Shown here: positions 1 through 12,084 of the stretch, piece after piece
Position numbering within the stretch: position 1 is the first letter of the stretch
How the letters are laid out: each line of letters starts with the position of its first letter
Source: Chiloscyllium plagiosum
Taxonomy: Eukaryota
Direction: 5' to 3'
Length of the DNA stretch: 64,000 nt
Assembly (NCBI RefSeq): GCF_004010195.1
Contig: NC_057754.1
Coordinates: 1,650,823-1,714,822, forward strand
The notes under the pieces: generated by a model
Seen by the model: the letters and a program-made list of their open reading frames with translations, nothing else
Databases searched by the model: none
What the model was told of the DNA's origin: nothing
Made by a program: the position numbers and the translations under genes

Positions 1-1116
1 TCACAATTGCCAGCTCTGTTGGTGACCTGGTGGGCCATGATAATAGGCTACATGTGCCAGGTACAGGTTAAGTCTCCAAGCTCTGCTTCATCAACTGCTC
101 TGAGCCCGGGTGGTAGGTATTGGTGTCTCTAGGCTAGTGCATTGATAGATCATGCTGGATTTTCATCCCTAGCAGTGAGTTGCTGGCAGAGTATGCTATA
201 TGGAAAGTACATTATGCTCAGCCATGAATACCTCTGGAGGAATCTACTGAAACTCACAAGGTAAGATTAGGTATGAATGACCTCCATATATACCTGAGTT
301 TTGCTGGCTTCTATGAGCTTCAGCAACTATCATCATCTTCAGGAAAATGAGAAGAGAAACGAGGGAAGAACAAGATAGCAGCCTTCCAGCTTTACTGTAG
401 ACTTGTGTTTTGGTTTTCTGTAATCTTTCAATGGTAACACTGTGAGATTTCATTCTTTAAAGATTCACTGAGCTTGTTAACTGAGAATTAATGAAATTGA
501 AGAGCATGTTATGAATTAGTTGCTCACTTGGATAGGGTTAAATTGGATAGTTCTCAATTCCTATTATTCCCAATCTTCCATTACAGCGAATTAGACTCTC
601 AGGATGTTAGTGAACATTGGAATATGTGATGAAAGAAGGGTCTGACCATATAATTTGGAAATTAATCTTATTTTGAACTGGTCAGTGGTAACTTAGAAGT
701 CAACACACAATGATGAATGAGATGAGCTGTAAATGAGCTGAGCTGGTATAGCACTGTATAGCTGGTGTGGCTTTCTCTGCGGATGCAATTATATCATTTG
801 TGTAGACTTTTTCATTCATCCACAGTGTACTCAACTTACTATGTAAAGGCTGGAAATAAAATGTTGATGTATGCTTTCCTCTAAGGATGTAATGGTTAAA
901 CTTGGTCTCCAATCCATCACCTAGACGTTTTAAATTGCCAGCCAAGTCATTTTTTATGGTCTCCAGAAATGATCTTTAGGTTCAAACAGCTTTAACCTTT
1001 AGTTTGACTGGGATTGCATGTTTTGATGTTACAGCCAGAATTTCAAGAAAAGATTTAAAAATGTGAAATATTTTTTAAGTCTAAAGGACTTGTTGTGGCA
1101 CTTGCATTCTGGTAGT

Positions 1117-1403
1117 TTAGATTAGATTCCCTACAGTGTGGAAACAGGCCCTTCAGCCCAACCAGTCCACACCGACCCTCCGAAGAGTAACTCACCCAGA
1201 CCCATTTCCCTCTGACTAATGCACCTAACACTATGGGCAATTTAGCAAGGCCAATTCACCTGACCTGCACATTTTTGGACTGTGGGAGGAAACTGGAGGA
1301 AACCCATGCAGACACAGGGAGAATGTGCAAACTCCACACAGACAGTCACCCGAGGCTGGAATCAAACCTGTGATCCTGGTGCTGTGAGGCTGCAGTGCTA
1401 ACC
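1117..1403 (-). mobile_element. HE1-type tRNA-derived V-SINE
   Basis: Minus strand starts GGGCGGCATGGTGGCTTAGTGGTTAGCACTGC (A box), has a B-box-like GGTTTGATTCC, the V-domain body, and an (AATCT)n tail. Confidence 0.9.
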
Positions 1404-1727
1404 ACTAAGCCACCATGCCGCCCATTTATTTTATGGGAAAGTTAAAATTAAGTGTACATTTTTTGAACAGTTGGGGTACCGTCACAACTCAAACAGGTAT
1501 GTGGTTCCACAGACATTAGTGGTGTCCTGGTATTTCATCCACGAAGTCTTTTTTTCCTATGTGTGAAACCATACAGTAATTGTTGGCAAGTTGTTTGATT
1601 GTGAGAGGCTACCGCTGCTAATTCCAGTGACAATGCCATCCTGCTTCCATCCTGGTGAAAGATGAAAGCTCGCTCACCTCATGTTAAAATTAAAACTGGG
1701 ACTCCTCTACTTTGTTTCAACTGTCTT

Positions 1728-1817
1728 GCTTCTTGGATGCTGCGTGACCGGCTGTGCTTTTCCAGCACCAGACTTTTCGACTCTGATCTCCAGCATTGCA
1801 GTCCTCACTTTCTCCTT
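1728..1817 (+). mobile_element. Penelope-like element pLTR 3' fragment
   Basis: GGATGCTGC..GCTGTGCTTTTCCAGCACC..GATCTCCAGCA..GCAGTCCTCACTTTCTCCT matches the termini at 19470-19550 and 53095-53180. Confidence 0.75.
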
Positions 1818-3082
1818 TGCTTTATTTGGTACTACTTTGCTCAATTGATTTATTTGCTGAACCATTGCTATATCTTTGTAATTTCCTGCACCTGTGGCAG
1901 AGTGTGGGAGTGTTCACACACCAAACTGCAGTAAATAAAATGAATAAAGAGCTAGCCTTGTGCCATGAGGTATTCTATACTGACAGAATGCTGTCAGGTT
2001 CAGAAATGCGGTGCTGCCATAGTCACCAGCACCTTATAAAGAGAAAAGAAATCAAAATCTCTTTATGCTCAGGGACTGACTTTTCCACATCCCTATGTAC
2101 AGGAAGCAGCAAAAAAACAGACTCCTTCACCATTAACCTTCCTGTACTGCTGCCATCCTGATAAAGAGGGCTCGCAGCACTGGGTGGTCAGCACTCTCCC
2201 CTTGACTATCATTCCATACTGTCAATTCCGACATCAATGTAAAAGTGCCAGTTGGCCTTTCATATTCCTTCCACTGGCTGAGATGATACAAGTTCACAAA
2301 AGTATCTTGTATCTCTCAAACTCATCAATTGACCGTGCATTAAAAGGCTGTCTGTTTCACAGTGTCCTAAGACACGACTGCAAAAAAAGACAAACCTTTT
2401 GAGAATAGTCTCCGCTGTTTTGAAGATTAGCAGTCCTGTGACTGCTTTTTACCCTTGTTTTTTCTGATTGTGTTTTTCTTGTATTAGAATCTGAGAATGC
2501 AGCTAAGGAACAAATGCACTATGCTACAAAATTAACATTGCTACAAAGAAAACAGTATTACTCACAGTTTTCAGGTTGACCTCTACTGTCATTTTCTATA
2601 GGAAGCAAAGCTGTACCATTTTCTCAATTCTTGGCCCTCTCTTGGTTTTAGTGTTTTTATGCTTATTGACCAATTTCTTATTGCCTCTTTTTGTTGTGTG
2701 TCTTACTCCTGATATCTATTAAAGTCGTAACTTGCAGAATCATTTACATTCATAAAAGGAGTACTACCCAACAACTTGTGTTTCTAACATAGAGAAGAAC
2801 CCCAAGGTGCCACATCGTGACCGGTACCCTGTCTGCAGAAACTTAGGGGAATTACTATTATCAAAACTATGCTTCACTTGATAAAGGCAGCGTGGAGAAA
2901 GGAATACAGACTAGAGAATTTTAAGTTCAGCCTGAACTGAGGCTGTATTAATTGACTCTGTATTTTGGAAAGTATTGCCTTTGAACCTTGGCTTTATGCA
3001 GAGTAAAAACTGCTATACACCAGGGAAATAAATTACAGAGGGAAAATGAAAGGACAAAACGTTGAGGAGTATTTCCTTAAAC

Positions 3083-3170
3083 AAACACAGAAATGCTAGA
3101 GAAACTCTGCAGATCTGACAGCATCTAGGGAGAGAGAAACAGCGTGAATATTTTGAGTCTGACATGACTG
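3083..3170 (-). mobile_element. Older PLE-derived terminal fragment (second subfamily)
   Basis: AAACACAGAAATGCTAGAGAAACTC..CAGATCTGACAGCATCT resembles the copies at 32250-32415, 35583-35682 and 56158-56258. Confidence 0.55.
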
Positions 3171-3608
3171 AGTTTTTGAGTCTGAGTTTTCCTTTACCAA
3201 AGGTTATAAATGCATTCATTGGACGTTACACATTGACATTAACTTGCAAATTGTTGCATTAGTTTGTTTCTCAACTCAATCAAAGGCAGAATCTAGTTTA
3301 ATTTTGGATCTCTGGTGAACAGAATCATCCACTCCCATATTCAAAACATTTTATTTATTGAAAGTTTCAGCAAGAATATTCACCTTACTCAAGGAGCATT
3401 AACTGTAGATTTGAAAGAATCTTTTTTATTGAATTAGGTCAAGTATAAGTGGGTGACTTCATGAATTTGGAAGAGGAGGATGTTGTCTATATAACGGCAT
3501 TATTACCTTGCATTGCAGTTTCTTGTACTGGCTTTGACAACAAGGTTGTAAGTTGAAAGCTTTCTTTTGATGGCATTGAAATGTCCCTGTAAACGTAGTG
3601 TCCCATTA

Positions 3609-3892
3609 TGGGCAGCACGGTGGCTCAGTGGTTAGCACTGCTGCCTCACAGCACCAGGGACCTGGATTTGATTCCAACCTTGGACAACTGTCTGTGTGGA
3701 GTTTGCATGTTCTCCCCATATCTGCGGGGTTTCCTCCCACAATATTCCAGTTTCCTCCTACAATCCAAAGATGTGCAGGTTAGGTGAATGTAGGGGTAAA
3801 TGTAGGGGTATGGGTGGGTTTTGCTTCGGCGGGTCGGTGTGGACTTGTTGGGCCGAAGGGCCTGTTTCCACACTGTAATCTAATCTAATCTA
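3609..3892 (+). mobile_element. HE1-type V-SINE
   Basis: GGGCAGCACGGTGGCTCAGTGGTTAGCACTGCTGCCTCACAGC head and a (TAATC)n tail. Confidence 0.9.
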
Positions 3893-4084
3893 AAAAAATC
3901 TAACTAACCTCCATAATGTTGTTGAGCTTCTTTGTATGAGAGGACAGAATGAACAGCAGTGAAACTTAAGCATTGTGAAGCTAATATGAATTGTAATTAT
4001 GCATCTCTCCCTCTCTCCATTGATAATTAATTTGCTTTGAATGGTCTCTTTCAGGAACTCCTAAATGCCAGTACTTCCAGTGAG

Positions 4085-4262
4085 CACGTCAGTTGATAGC
4101 CTTGAGTAATATGATTGTAGGTTCAAGTTCCACTCTAGAATTGTGCGCAAAAATCAAGGTTGATACTAGAAATGTAGTAGTTAGGGAGCACTCAGTGCCA
4201 GACATACTGTTTTTGGAAGAGACATTCAAACGAGGCCCCATCTGCTCTCTCTGATGAATGTT
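4085..4262 (+). mobile_element. SacSINE1/DeuSINE-like SINE, 5' part, decayed
   Basis: tRNA-like GGTTCAAGTTCCACTC, then AGGGAGCACT..GAGACATTCAAACGAGGCCCCATCTGCTCTCTC (Deu-domain-like). Confidence 0.6.
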
Positions 4263-4531
4263 GAACAAGGATCAAAATAAATTTTCTTTTTTGAAGGCTC
4301 CTCTTGAGATTTTCTTAATTGCTATGGTCCAGGTGCTGAAAGGTGAGGTGAGAATAGATGCTATTTTTATTTTCTGACTGGTGCAGACATGGTAAGCTGA
4401 ATGGCCTCTTTCCGTGCTGTAGACTTTTCTGGTTCTAGGTTCCTATAGCTACTTTTTGAATTTCAGAGACTGTGTTTTTAGGTATGATTTTGTCATTATC
4501 CATAACTCATTTTTTAGATGATGGGGATGCT

Positions 4532-4577
4532 GACACACACACACATTCATGCACAAACACACACACACGCGCGCGCG

Positions 4578-4609
<32 letters not shown>

Positions 4610-4620
4610 GTCTCTCTCTT
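4532..4620. repeat. (CA)n/(CG)n/(CT)n compound microsatellite
   Basis: Seen directly: acacacgcgcgcgcgtgcgcgcacacacac...tctctct. Confidence 0.95.
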
Positions 4621-4690
4621 TCTCAACACATGAGGGCATCATTAATTTCCTACAAGATACCAGGCAAATGTTGACAAACACCTTTCCTCG

Positions 4691-5243
4691 AATCCTCTCT
4701 AAAGCTCCTGCCTTTCACCTAAAAGTTATGCCCTCCTTGTACCTTCTTCCTCACTGTCAACTACTTGGCCAATTTTCATATCATCTGCAAACTTACTTAC
4801 CATCCCCCTAAATTTTCTTCTATTTAGTTTCCATATATCACAAATTATTTCAGAACTCAGCACTGCCCCTTATGGTGGCCTTCAAGTTACATCACCACCA
4901 GTTGTCTCTCTCTAATGAGAGAGCAGCCCAACAGTCTGCGGGTGGCACGGTGGCTCAGTGGTTAGCACTGCTGCCACACAGTGCCAGGGACCCGGATTTG
5001 ATTCCAGCCTCAGGCGACTGTTTCTCCCTGTGTCTGCATGGGTTTCCTCCGGGTGCTCTGGTTTCCTCCCACAATCCAAAAGAATTGGCCATGCTAAATT
5101 GCCTTACATGTTAGGTGCTTTAATCAGGGGTAAACATAGGATAGGGGAATGGGTATGGGTGGGTTACTCTTTGGAGGGTCAATGTGTACCTGTTGGGCCA
5201 AAGGGCCTGTTTCAATATTGTAGAGAATCTAATCTAATCTTTA
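4691..5243 (+). repeat. Composite (CR1 fragment + tRNA-SINE fragment + HE1 SINE), duplicated in inverted orientation at 25529-26100
   Basis: AATCCTCTCTAAAGCTCCTGCC...GAGAGAGCAGCCC..GGTGGCACGGTGGCTCAG..AATCTAATCTTTAA is near-identical to the reverse complement of 25529-26100. Confidence 0.92.
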
Positions 5244-5269
5244 AGACTATGGCAACTTGACTTACCACT

Positions 5270-6715
5270 AAGCCAGTTTTGGATTCAACTTGCCAAGTTA
5301 CCCTGGATTCCCTGTGAATTTAACTTCTTTATCAGTGTCCCACGAGGGACCTTGTCAAAGACTTCACTGAAATCCATATAAATTACATCAAGTGCATGAC
5401 CCTCACCTATGCACCTGGTCACCTCCTTGAAAAATACAATTAAATTTCTTAGGCACAATTTCCTTTTGACTATCCCTGATCAAATTTTGTGCCTCCAAGT
5501 GGAAATTAATTCTTTCCATCAGAATCTTTTCCAATAGTTTCTCTACCACTGGTGGAAGAGTTATTGTTCTGTAATTCCCTTGTTTATATCTATGATCCTT
5601 CCTGAAAATTGGAACCACATTTGCTGTCCCACAGCCTTCTGGCATCACCCCTGTGACCAGAGAGGAATTAAAGATTTGGTTCAAAGCCCCTATAATTTCC
5701 ACCCTTGGCTCCCAGAGCAGCGTTGGATACAACCCATTCAGACCTGGGGAGGGGTTTGTCAACTTTTAAGCTTGCCAAAGCCTACAATTTCACAGTTCCC
5801 AGGTTCTGTACATACATCCTTCTCTAAAGTGAAGACAGATGTGAAGTACTCGTTTGACACCCTACCAGTGTCATCCAGCTCCATGCACAGATTGCCCACT
5901 TAGAATCCCTACAATGTGGAAGCAGGCCATTTGGCACATTAAATTCACAGTGACTCTCTTACCCTATCCCTGCATTTCTCTTGGCTAACCCACCTAACAT
6001 GGACACTATGAACAATTTAGCATGGCCAATCCACCTCACCTGCACATCTTTGGACTGTGAAAGGAAACTGAAGCACCTAGAGGAAACCCACACAGCCTCG
6101 GGGAGAACATACAAACTCCACACAGATATTCTCCCCAGGGTGGAATTGAACCCGGGTCCCCAGTGTTGTGAGGCAGCAATGCTGACCACTGTGTTGCCCT
6201 GTCCCGCAGGTATCAACTTCCCCTTGATATGCTTATAGAATATCTTGGGATACTCCTTAACATTACCTTCCAGTGTTTTTGCATACCCACTGTTTGCTCT
6301 CCTAATTGCTCACCCCAGCACTTTCTATATTCCACCAGGGCCTCTGTTGATTTGCTCCCTTCATATCTGTTAAACACCCCTGTTTTCATTATCCAGTTCT
6401 GAATAGTCCTGGACATCCAAGGTTCTCTGGGCTTGTCACTCCTACATTTCACCCTGAAAGGAGCATATTGGGCCTCTGCTGTCGCTAGTTCCATTTTTGA
6501 ATGCCCCTCCACCTTGATCTGCAGAAGATTTGCCCAGAAATATCTTCTTCCAGTCAACTTTGGCTAATAAAATCTGCCTTTCCCAAGTCAAAACACTTTT
6601 TTGCAAACCATCATTTTCCCTTTCCATAACAAACTTAAAACATGTGATTTTGTGATCACTATCGCTAAAATGCTGTTCCACTGCCACTCTGAGTACCTGT
6701 CTAGCTTTGTTTTTC
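5270..6715 (-). mobile_element. CR1/HER1 LINE ORF2 fragment (endonuclease-RT region), interrupted by a SINE
   Basis: Minus-strand ORFs read SDSDHKITCF and PSPGLNGLYPTLLWE..ANVVPIFRK..GNYR..VEKLLEKIL, typical of CR1 ORF2; frameshifted. Confidence 0.85.
5901..6200 (-). mobile_element. HE1-type V-SINE nested in CR1
   Basis: Reverse-complement head at about 6200 and TAGAATCCCTACA tail at about 5901. Confidence 0.85.
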
Positions 6716-6899
6716 AAAATTAGTGACCTGAATGGGTGGGTGGCTAGTCTAATCCCAGTGGCCAACCAGGTGTCAGCTGTGCTGAATTTTTAATGCAACG
6801 AGTTGCTTCCCAGAATCCACTGAGACATATTCGCAACCTTTAACCCACAAACATACTGATGCAATTTGTGCCAGATCACATCTCCTCAGTTCATTCCCC

Positions 6900-7480
6900 A
6901 TGATGCAGCTACAGCTGGAGCCCGGGCAGTGCGCATTGCCAACATAGTTGGCTTCCCCCGTGCATTGTGTTGAGAATGCCATGTCATAACACAGTTGACT
7001 TATTAACATTAAAGAGTTCTATTTTATCAATGTACAAATCATTGGAAACTACCATGATGCCTATTTCCTTGAGAACTCTCATATTCCTGCTTCATTTCAA
7101 AGGCAGGATGTCTTGCAAGGTTGTTTACTGGGAGACAAGGGTTCCCATCTGCAACCACGACTAAAGAATCAGTTACACACCCTTTTGACAGAGACCAAGC
7201 TCAGGTACAATGCAACATATTCTTTCACCAGGCTCATGGCGAAGCAGACGATGAGCCTCCTGAAGATGGGGATTCAGTGCTTAAATTGGTCAGAGTGAGG
7301 AGACGGTGGCCTTGTAGTATATAGTCCAGACACAGTGTGCTGTATGTCATGTTCTGGAACAACTCGAACAGGCAAAGTGGGAATATTATGGATGCTGAAG
7401 AACTGGGAGAAGGGCAGTAGCCTTTTGGGGAGGAAGATGAGGACATTTATCAGGAGGGACATCACCTTCACCATGTTAGA
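6900..7480 (+). pseudogene. Fossil PIF/Harbinger DDE transposase (HARBI1-like) fragment
   Basis: Translation across frameshifts: INIKEFYFINVQ..GNYHDAYFLENSHIP..LQGCLLGDKG..TETKLRYNATYSFTR..KQTMSLLKMGIQCLNWS. This follows the Harbinger motifs NRKGFHSINVQ, GSxHD, LLGDxGY, RYNxAHxxTR and ExTxGLLKxRFRCLD. Confidence 0.85.
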
Positions 7481-7857
7481 ACAGTGCAGTGTCAGGCACA
7501 ATGTGCCAGGCAGGACTTAATTGACACCCACATCCAATAGATCAGGTTTGGGTGAGGTCACCATTCAATGACTGTACGTTTGTTGTTACTCGAAAGGTAA
7601 ATAGTACCTGTTTATTCCGAGAAATAAGTACAGCTTTTCTTGTTTGGTTTTCTTCACTTTTGCTGTTTTCTGTGAAAAGTTAATGTATTCATCTGATTGA
7701 AGACTTCCCAACATGTGATACTCACACATTGCGTAATGGCAAGATGTTATTGCTCTGCTGGGCATTAGAGAATGTGTAGCACTTCTTCGACAGAATTTCA
7801 ACATGATATGGCACTAAGGACAAACAGCCTGTGTAGCTTCATTTTTATTGTTGCAGT

Positions 7858-9185
7858 TACATAGAACATAGAACAGTACAACACAGAACAGGCCCTTCAG
7901 TCCACGATGTTGTGCCGACCACTGATTCTCATGTATGCACCCTCAAATTTCTGTGATCGTATGCATGTCCAGTAGTCTCTTAAATGTCCCCAATGACCTT
8001 GCTTCCACAACTGCTGCTGGCAACGCATTCCATGCTCTCACAACTCTGTGTAAAGAACCCGCCTCTGACATCCCCTCTATACTTTCCTCCAACCAGCTTA
8101 AAACTATGACCCCTCGTGTTAGCCATTTCTGCCCTGGGAAATAGTCTCTGGCTATCGACTCTATCTATGCCTCTCATTATCTTGTATACCTCAATTAGGT
8201 CCCCTCTCCTCCTTTTCTCCAATGAACAAAGTCCGAGCTCAGTCAGTCAACCTCTCTTCATAAGATAAGCCCTCCAGTCCAGGCAGCATCCTGGTAAACC
8301 TCCTCTGAACCCTCTCCAAAGCATCCACATCTTTCCTATAATAGGCGACCAGAACTGGACGTAGTATTCCAAGTGCGTTCTAACCAAAGTTTTATAGAGC
8401 TGCAACAAGATCTCACGACTCTTAAACTCAATACCCCTGTTAATGAAAGCCAAAACACCATATGCTTTCTTAACAACCCTGTCCACTTGGGTGGCCATTT
8501 TAAGGGATCTATATACCTGCACACCAAGATTCCTCTGTTCCTCCACACTGCCAAGAATCCTATCCTTAATCCTGTACTCAGCTTTCAAATTCGACCTTCC
8601 AAAATGCATCATCTCGCATTTATCCAGGTTGAACTCCATCTGCCACCTCTCAGCCCATCTCTGCATCCTGTCAATGTCCCATTGCAGCCCTCTATACTGT
8701 CAACGACACCCCCAACCTTTGTGTCGTCTGCAAACTTGCTGACCCATCCTTCAATCCCCTCATCCAAGTCATTAATAAAAATTACAAACAGCAGAGGCCC
8801 AAGGACTGAGCCCTGTGGAACACCACTCACCACTGACTTCCAGGCAGAATATTTTCCTTCTACTACCACTCGCTGTCTTCTGTTGGCCAGCCAATTCTGT
8901 ATCCAGACAGCTAAGTTCCCCTGTATCCCATTCCTCCTGACCTTCTGAATGAGCCTACCATGGGGAACCTTATCAAATGCCTTGCTAAAGTCCATATACA
9001 CCACATCCACAGCTCGACCCTCATCAACATCCTCAAAGAACTCGATAAGGTTTGTGAGGCATGACCTGCCCCTCACAAAGCCATGTTGACTGCATTTAAT
9101 CAAGCCATGCTCTTCCAGATGGTCATAAATCCTATCCCTCAGAATCCTTTCTAACACCTTGCAGACGACAGACGTGAGACTTACA
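7858..9185 (-). mobile_element. Young 5'-truncated CR1/HER1 LINE (RT domain to 3' tail)
   Basis: ORF 8609-9157 has [31 protein letters not shown] and FADD, followed by the C-terminal domain and a (GTTCTAT)n tail at 7858. Confidence 0.95.
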
Positions 9186-10844
9186 GTGGATTAGTTGAGT
9201 GATGATATAATGTACCAATACTTTTACAAATGTCAGCATATGTTTCCAATGGGGTGACACCTATGCTTCCTATGTGCTCTCAGAAGCTGTTCATTTTCAT
9301 TTGCCTTTAATGACATGGTCTGTGAAGGACTATTTGTGGCTGGCAGCAATTTGAGATGGTGCACAGCTGGGCTTTAAATTTGGCACCAGTGGCAGGAATT
9401 CCCAAAGGTCCTGCAATGTTAAATAATTCCGCTGCTGGTGAGCATCGATAGCATGAGTGTGGCGTAATACAAGTGTGGTACATACATCATGAGACAGGAC
9501 CCTGAAATTGACACATCTTTTGAAATTCCATGAACTGAATGATAGGTGTTCAAAATGTAGCTTATTTATTTGAATCAGATTGGTTTTGTTCTGTTCCTGT
9601 AATGTGACAAGGAACAAAGTACAGTAGAAAAAAAACATAAATAATGTGGTCCTGAGAACTCTATTTTTTTGCTGCTCTTTCTCTTCTCTTCTATACCATT
9701 CTTAAACTGATTGTACTGCAGTATTCTGGAGTCGCTGTTCATGCTTGATGGGCACCATTTCCATTTAAATGATACGTCGATCATTAGGAATTAAGATATC
9801 AGATCACTGAAAGGTAATAAGAAATTTACTGCTTTCTTGTCTGTTTAACGTTGCAGTCTTAATTCTAGTATAAAGGCAAATAATCTCAAGGGTTCAGTCA
9901 AGAATGTATTTTTTACTCATAACATGAAAAGATCAGTGTAGTTCAATACTGTAGGATTACAGCTTTGCATTTAGGCTTTCTATTAGAAAGCCATGCACTC
10001 AAGTTTCAGATCACTGGACATTTCCACATTGGTCCTCCAGGGGACTTTGATTCAAATCCTACTTTCAAATCACATTTTAATTTCATCAGCAGCTTGCTGG
10101 AGACATCCTTATGAAAGCGTTTCACTCTCCAGGTAGTTTGATATAATGAAATTATTAGCACTATGCAGGTTTCAATTATTTCCAGTTTTTATTTGGTAAG
10201 ATTTTGTGTTTGTCAAGGTAAGGAGCTTAAATGAACCATTTTTCAACCTGTTGACTTGCTGTCAGGACTCACATTAAGCATTGCTGTTTGGATTGAGACA
10301 GATAGTGATGTTTTATTAACTTTCGTCTAACTATGCTCATTTTTAGAATAGTTTTTACATTATATTTTATATTACAGAGCTGTGCTAATAGTGCGAGCAG
10401 CTGGTGACACACAGGTCATGCAAAACTAATAGCAACAGTAAAGTAACAGCACCAGTTTGGTTTTTGTGGCCACTAGTTATCGCGAATCTGACAATGTGCT
10501 TCAGCCTTGCCTGTTGCAGATCTGATACCACTGCGGCAATATATTAATCCTGCTGCTTCATTGCGGCCTATTTACTTCCCACAGCATCCTTCCATCCTTG
10601 AGGTTTATCAGTGCCAAATGTTATGCAGTTTAGTATGGTGGACTTGTGCCCATGTTCATTTCAATCCACCAGAGATAGAGAGAGGGTATTTGCAAGAGTG
10701 AAGCTCGTGGCAAACACACACTTCTTTTGGTGTGGGCTGTACTTATCAACAAAAATTGTCAACCTCTCTTGTTTTGGCAGCAGTAATGTTGCACTTTCTT
10801 ATGGACCTTGTGAGTGGCAGCTGGAGTTAACAAATCACTGGTAA

Positions 10845-11557
10845 ATCTGCACTTGTTCAGTACTGATCCTTTGACAGTTCTCAGAACTGACCCTTCAACT
10901 GTATATGACTGTCTTGGTATTGACCCTCCAACAGTATGGCACTCCTTCAGTGCTGAACCTCCAAAAGTGCGATGCTCCCTCAGTACTGACCCTCTGTCAG
11001 TGTGGCACATTGCTCAGTACTGACCCTCTGACAGTGCGGCACACCGCTCAGTGCTGACCCTCTGACAGTGCGGCACTCCGCTCAGTACTGACCCTCTGAC
11101 AGTGCGGCACACCGCTCAGTACTGACCCTGTGACAGTGCGGCACACCGCTCAGTACTGACCCTCTGACAGTGCGGCACACCGCTCAGTTCTGACCCTCTG
11201 ACAGTGCGGCACACCGCTCAGTACTGACCCTCTGACAGTGCGGCACACCGCTCAGTACTGACCCTCTGACAGTGCAGCACACCGCTCAGTACTGACCCTC
11301 TGACAGTGCTGCACTCCCTCAGCACTGACCCTCTGACAGTGCGGCACACCGCTCAGTACTGACCCTCTGACAGTGCGGCACACCACTCAGTACTGACCCT
11401 CTGACAGTGTGGCACTCCGCTCAGTACTGACCCTCTGACAGTGCGGCACACCGCTCAGTACTGACCCTTTGACAGTGCGGCACTCCGCTCAGTACTGATC
11501 CTTTGACAGTGCGGCACTCCGCTCAGTACGCACCCTCATCACTGATTCCCCAACAAG
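10845..11557 (+). repeat. Minisatellite array 1, core of about 16 near-identical 34-bp units
   Basis: Unit CAGTACTGACCCTCTGACAGTGCGGCACACCGCT with starts at 10981, 11015, 11049 and onward. Confidence 0.95.
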
Positions 11558-11868
11558 CTGATGGTCCACTAATTTAGTGAAGTTCTGTTAATTTGCATGG
11601 CATCATTGGCTCAAAGTCATTCGAAACAGTGACATTCTAATCTTAGGCTCCAGGTTTCCCTGTCTGTAAAAACAAATTTGCCTTTCATAATGAGATTCCA
11701 GTTATTCCCAGTGTCAACTGCAAGTTTCACAAGTTGCCAGTACAAATTGGGCAAAGGAAACATGATGCAATACTTTTCAAACAAAATCCTCTTCACTGCT
11801 TTCAATTTCCCCCCTTGGTTTGGAAGAGCAATGCCAGAAACAGAAAAAGAAAGAACTTGTGTTTCAAC

Positions 11869-12070
11869 TGTAGTGCTTGGAATGAGGTCAACCAGGTGGA
11901 CTTCCCTGGCCCAATCAGGGAGCCCTGCTGACAGATCCAAACAGGAATATCAGAGGTTCTGTTCACTTTGAGAGCTGGCTTTGAGGGAGTTGGATCAATG
12001 TCAAGATTCTCCACATGTAAATAAAGGGTGACTTGGTGACAGGAAACCAGCCTCTGTGCAGTTATTTCCA
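11869..12070 (+). mobile_element. Probable short solo LTR
   Basis: TGTAGTG...TTTCCA termini, a CCAAT box at about 11912, AATAAA at about 12019, flanked by TCAAC/TCAAG (imperfect TSD). Confidence 0.6.
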
Positions 12071-12084
12071 TCAAGAATCAGATA

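Noticed and set aside
3609..3680. tRNA gene
   Set aside because: This is the tRNA-derived head of a SINE that continues into a SINE body; the same applies to the other copies.
8609..9157. Reverse transcriptase ORF as a functional gene
   Set aside because: It belongs to a 5'-truncated LINE copy with deletions and frameshifts.
10981..11530. CRISPR-like array
   Set aside because: Units are head-to-tail with no unique spacers, there are no cas genes, and the context is vertebrate. It is a minisatellite.
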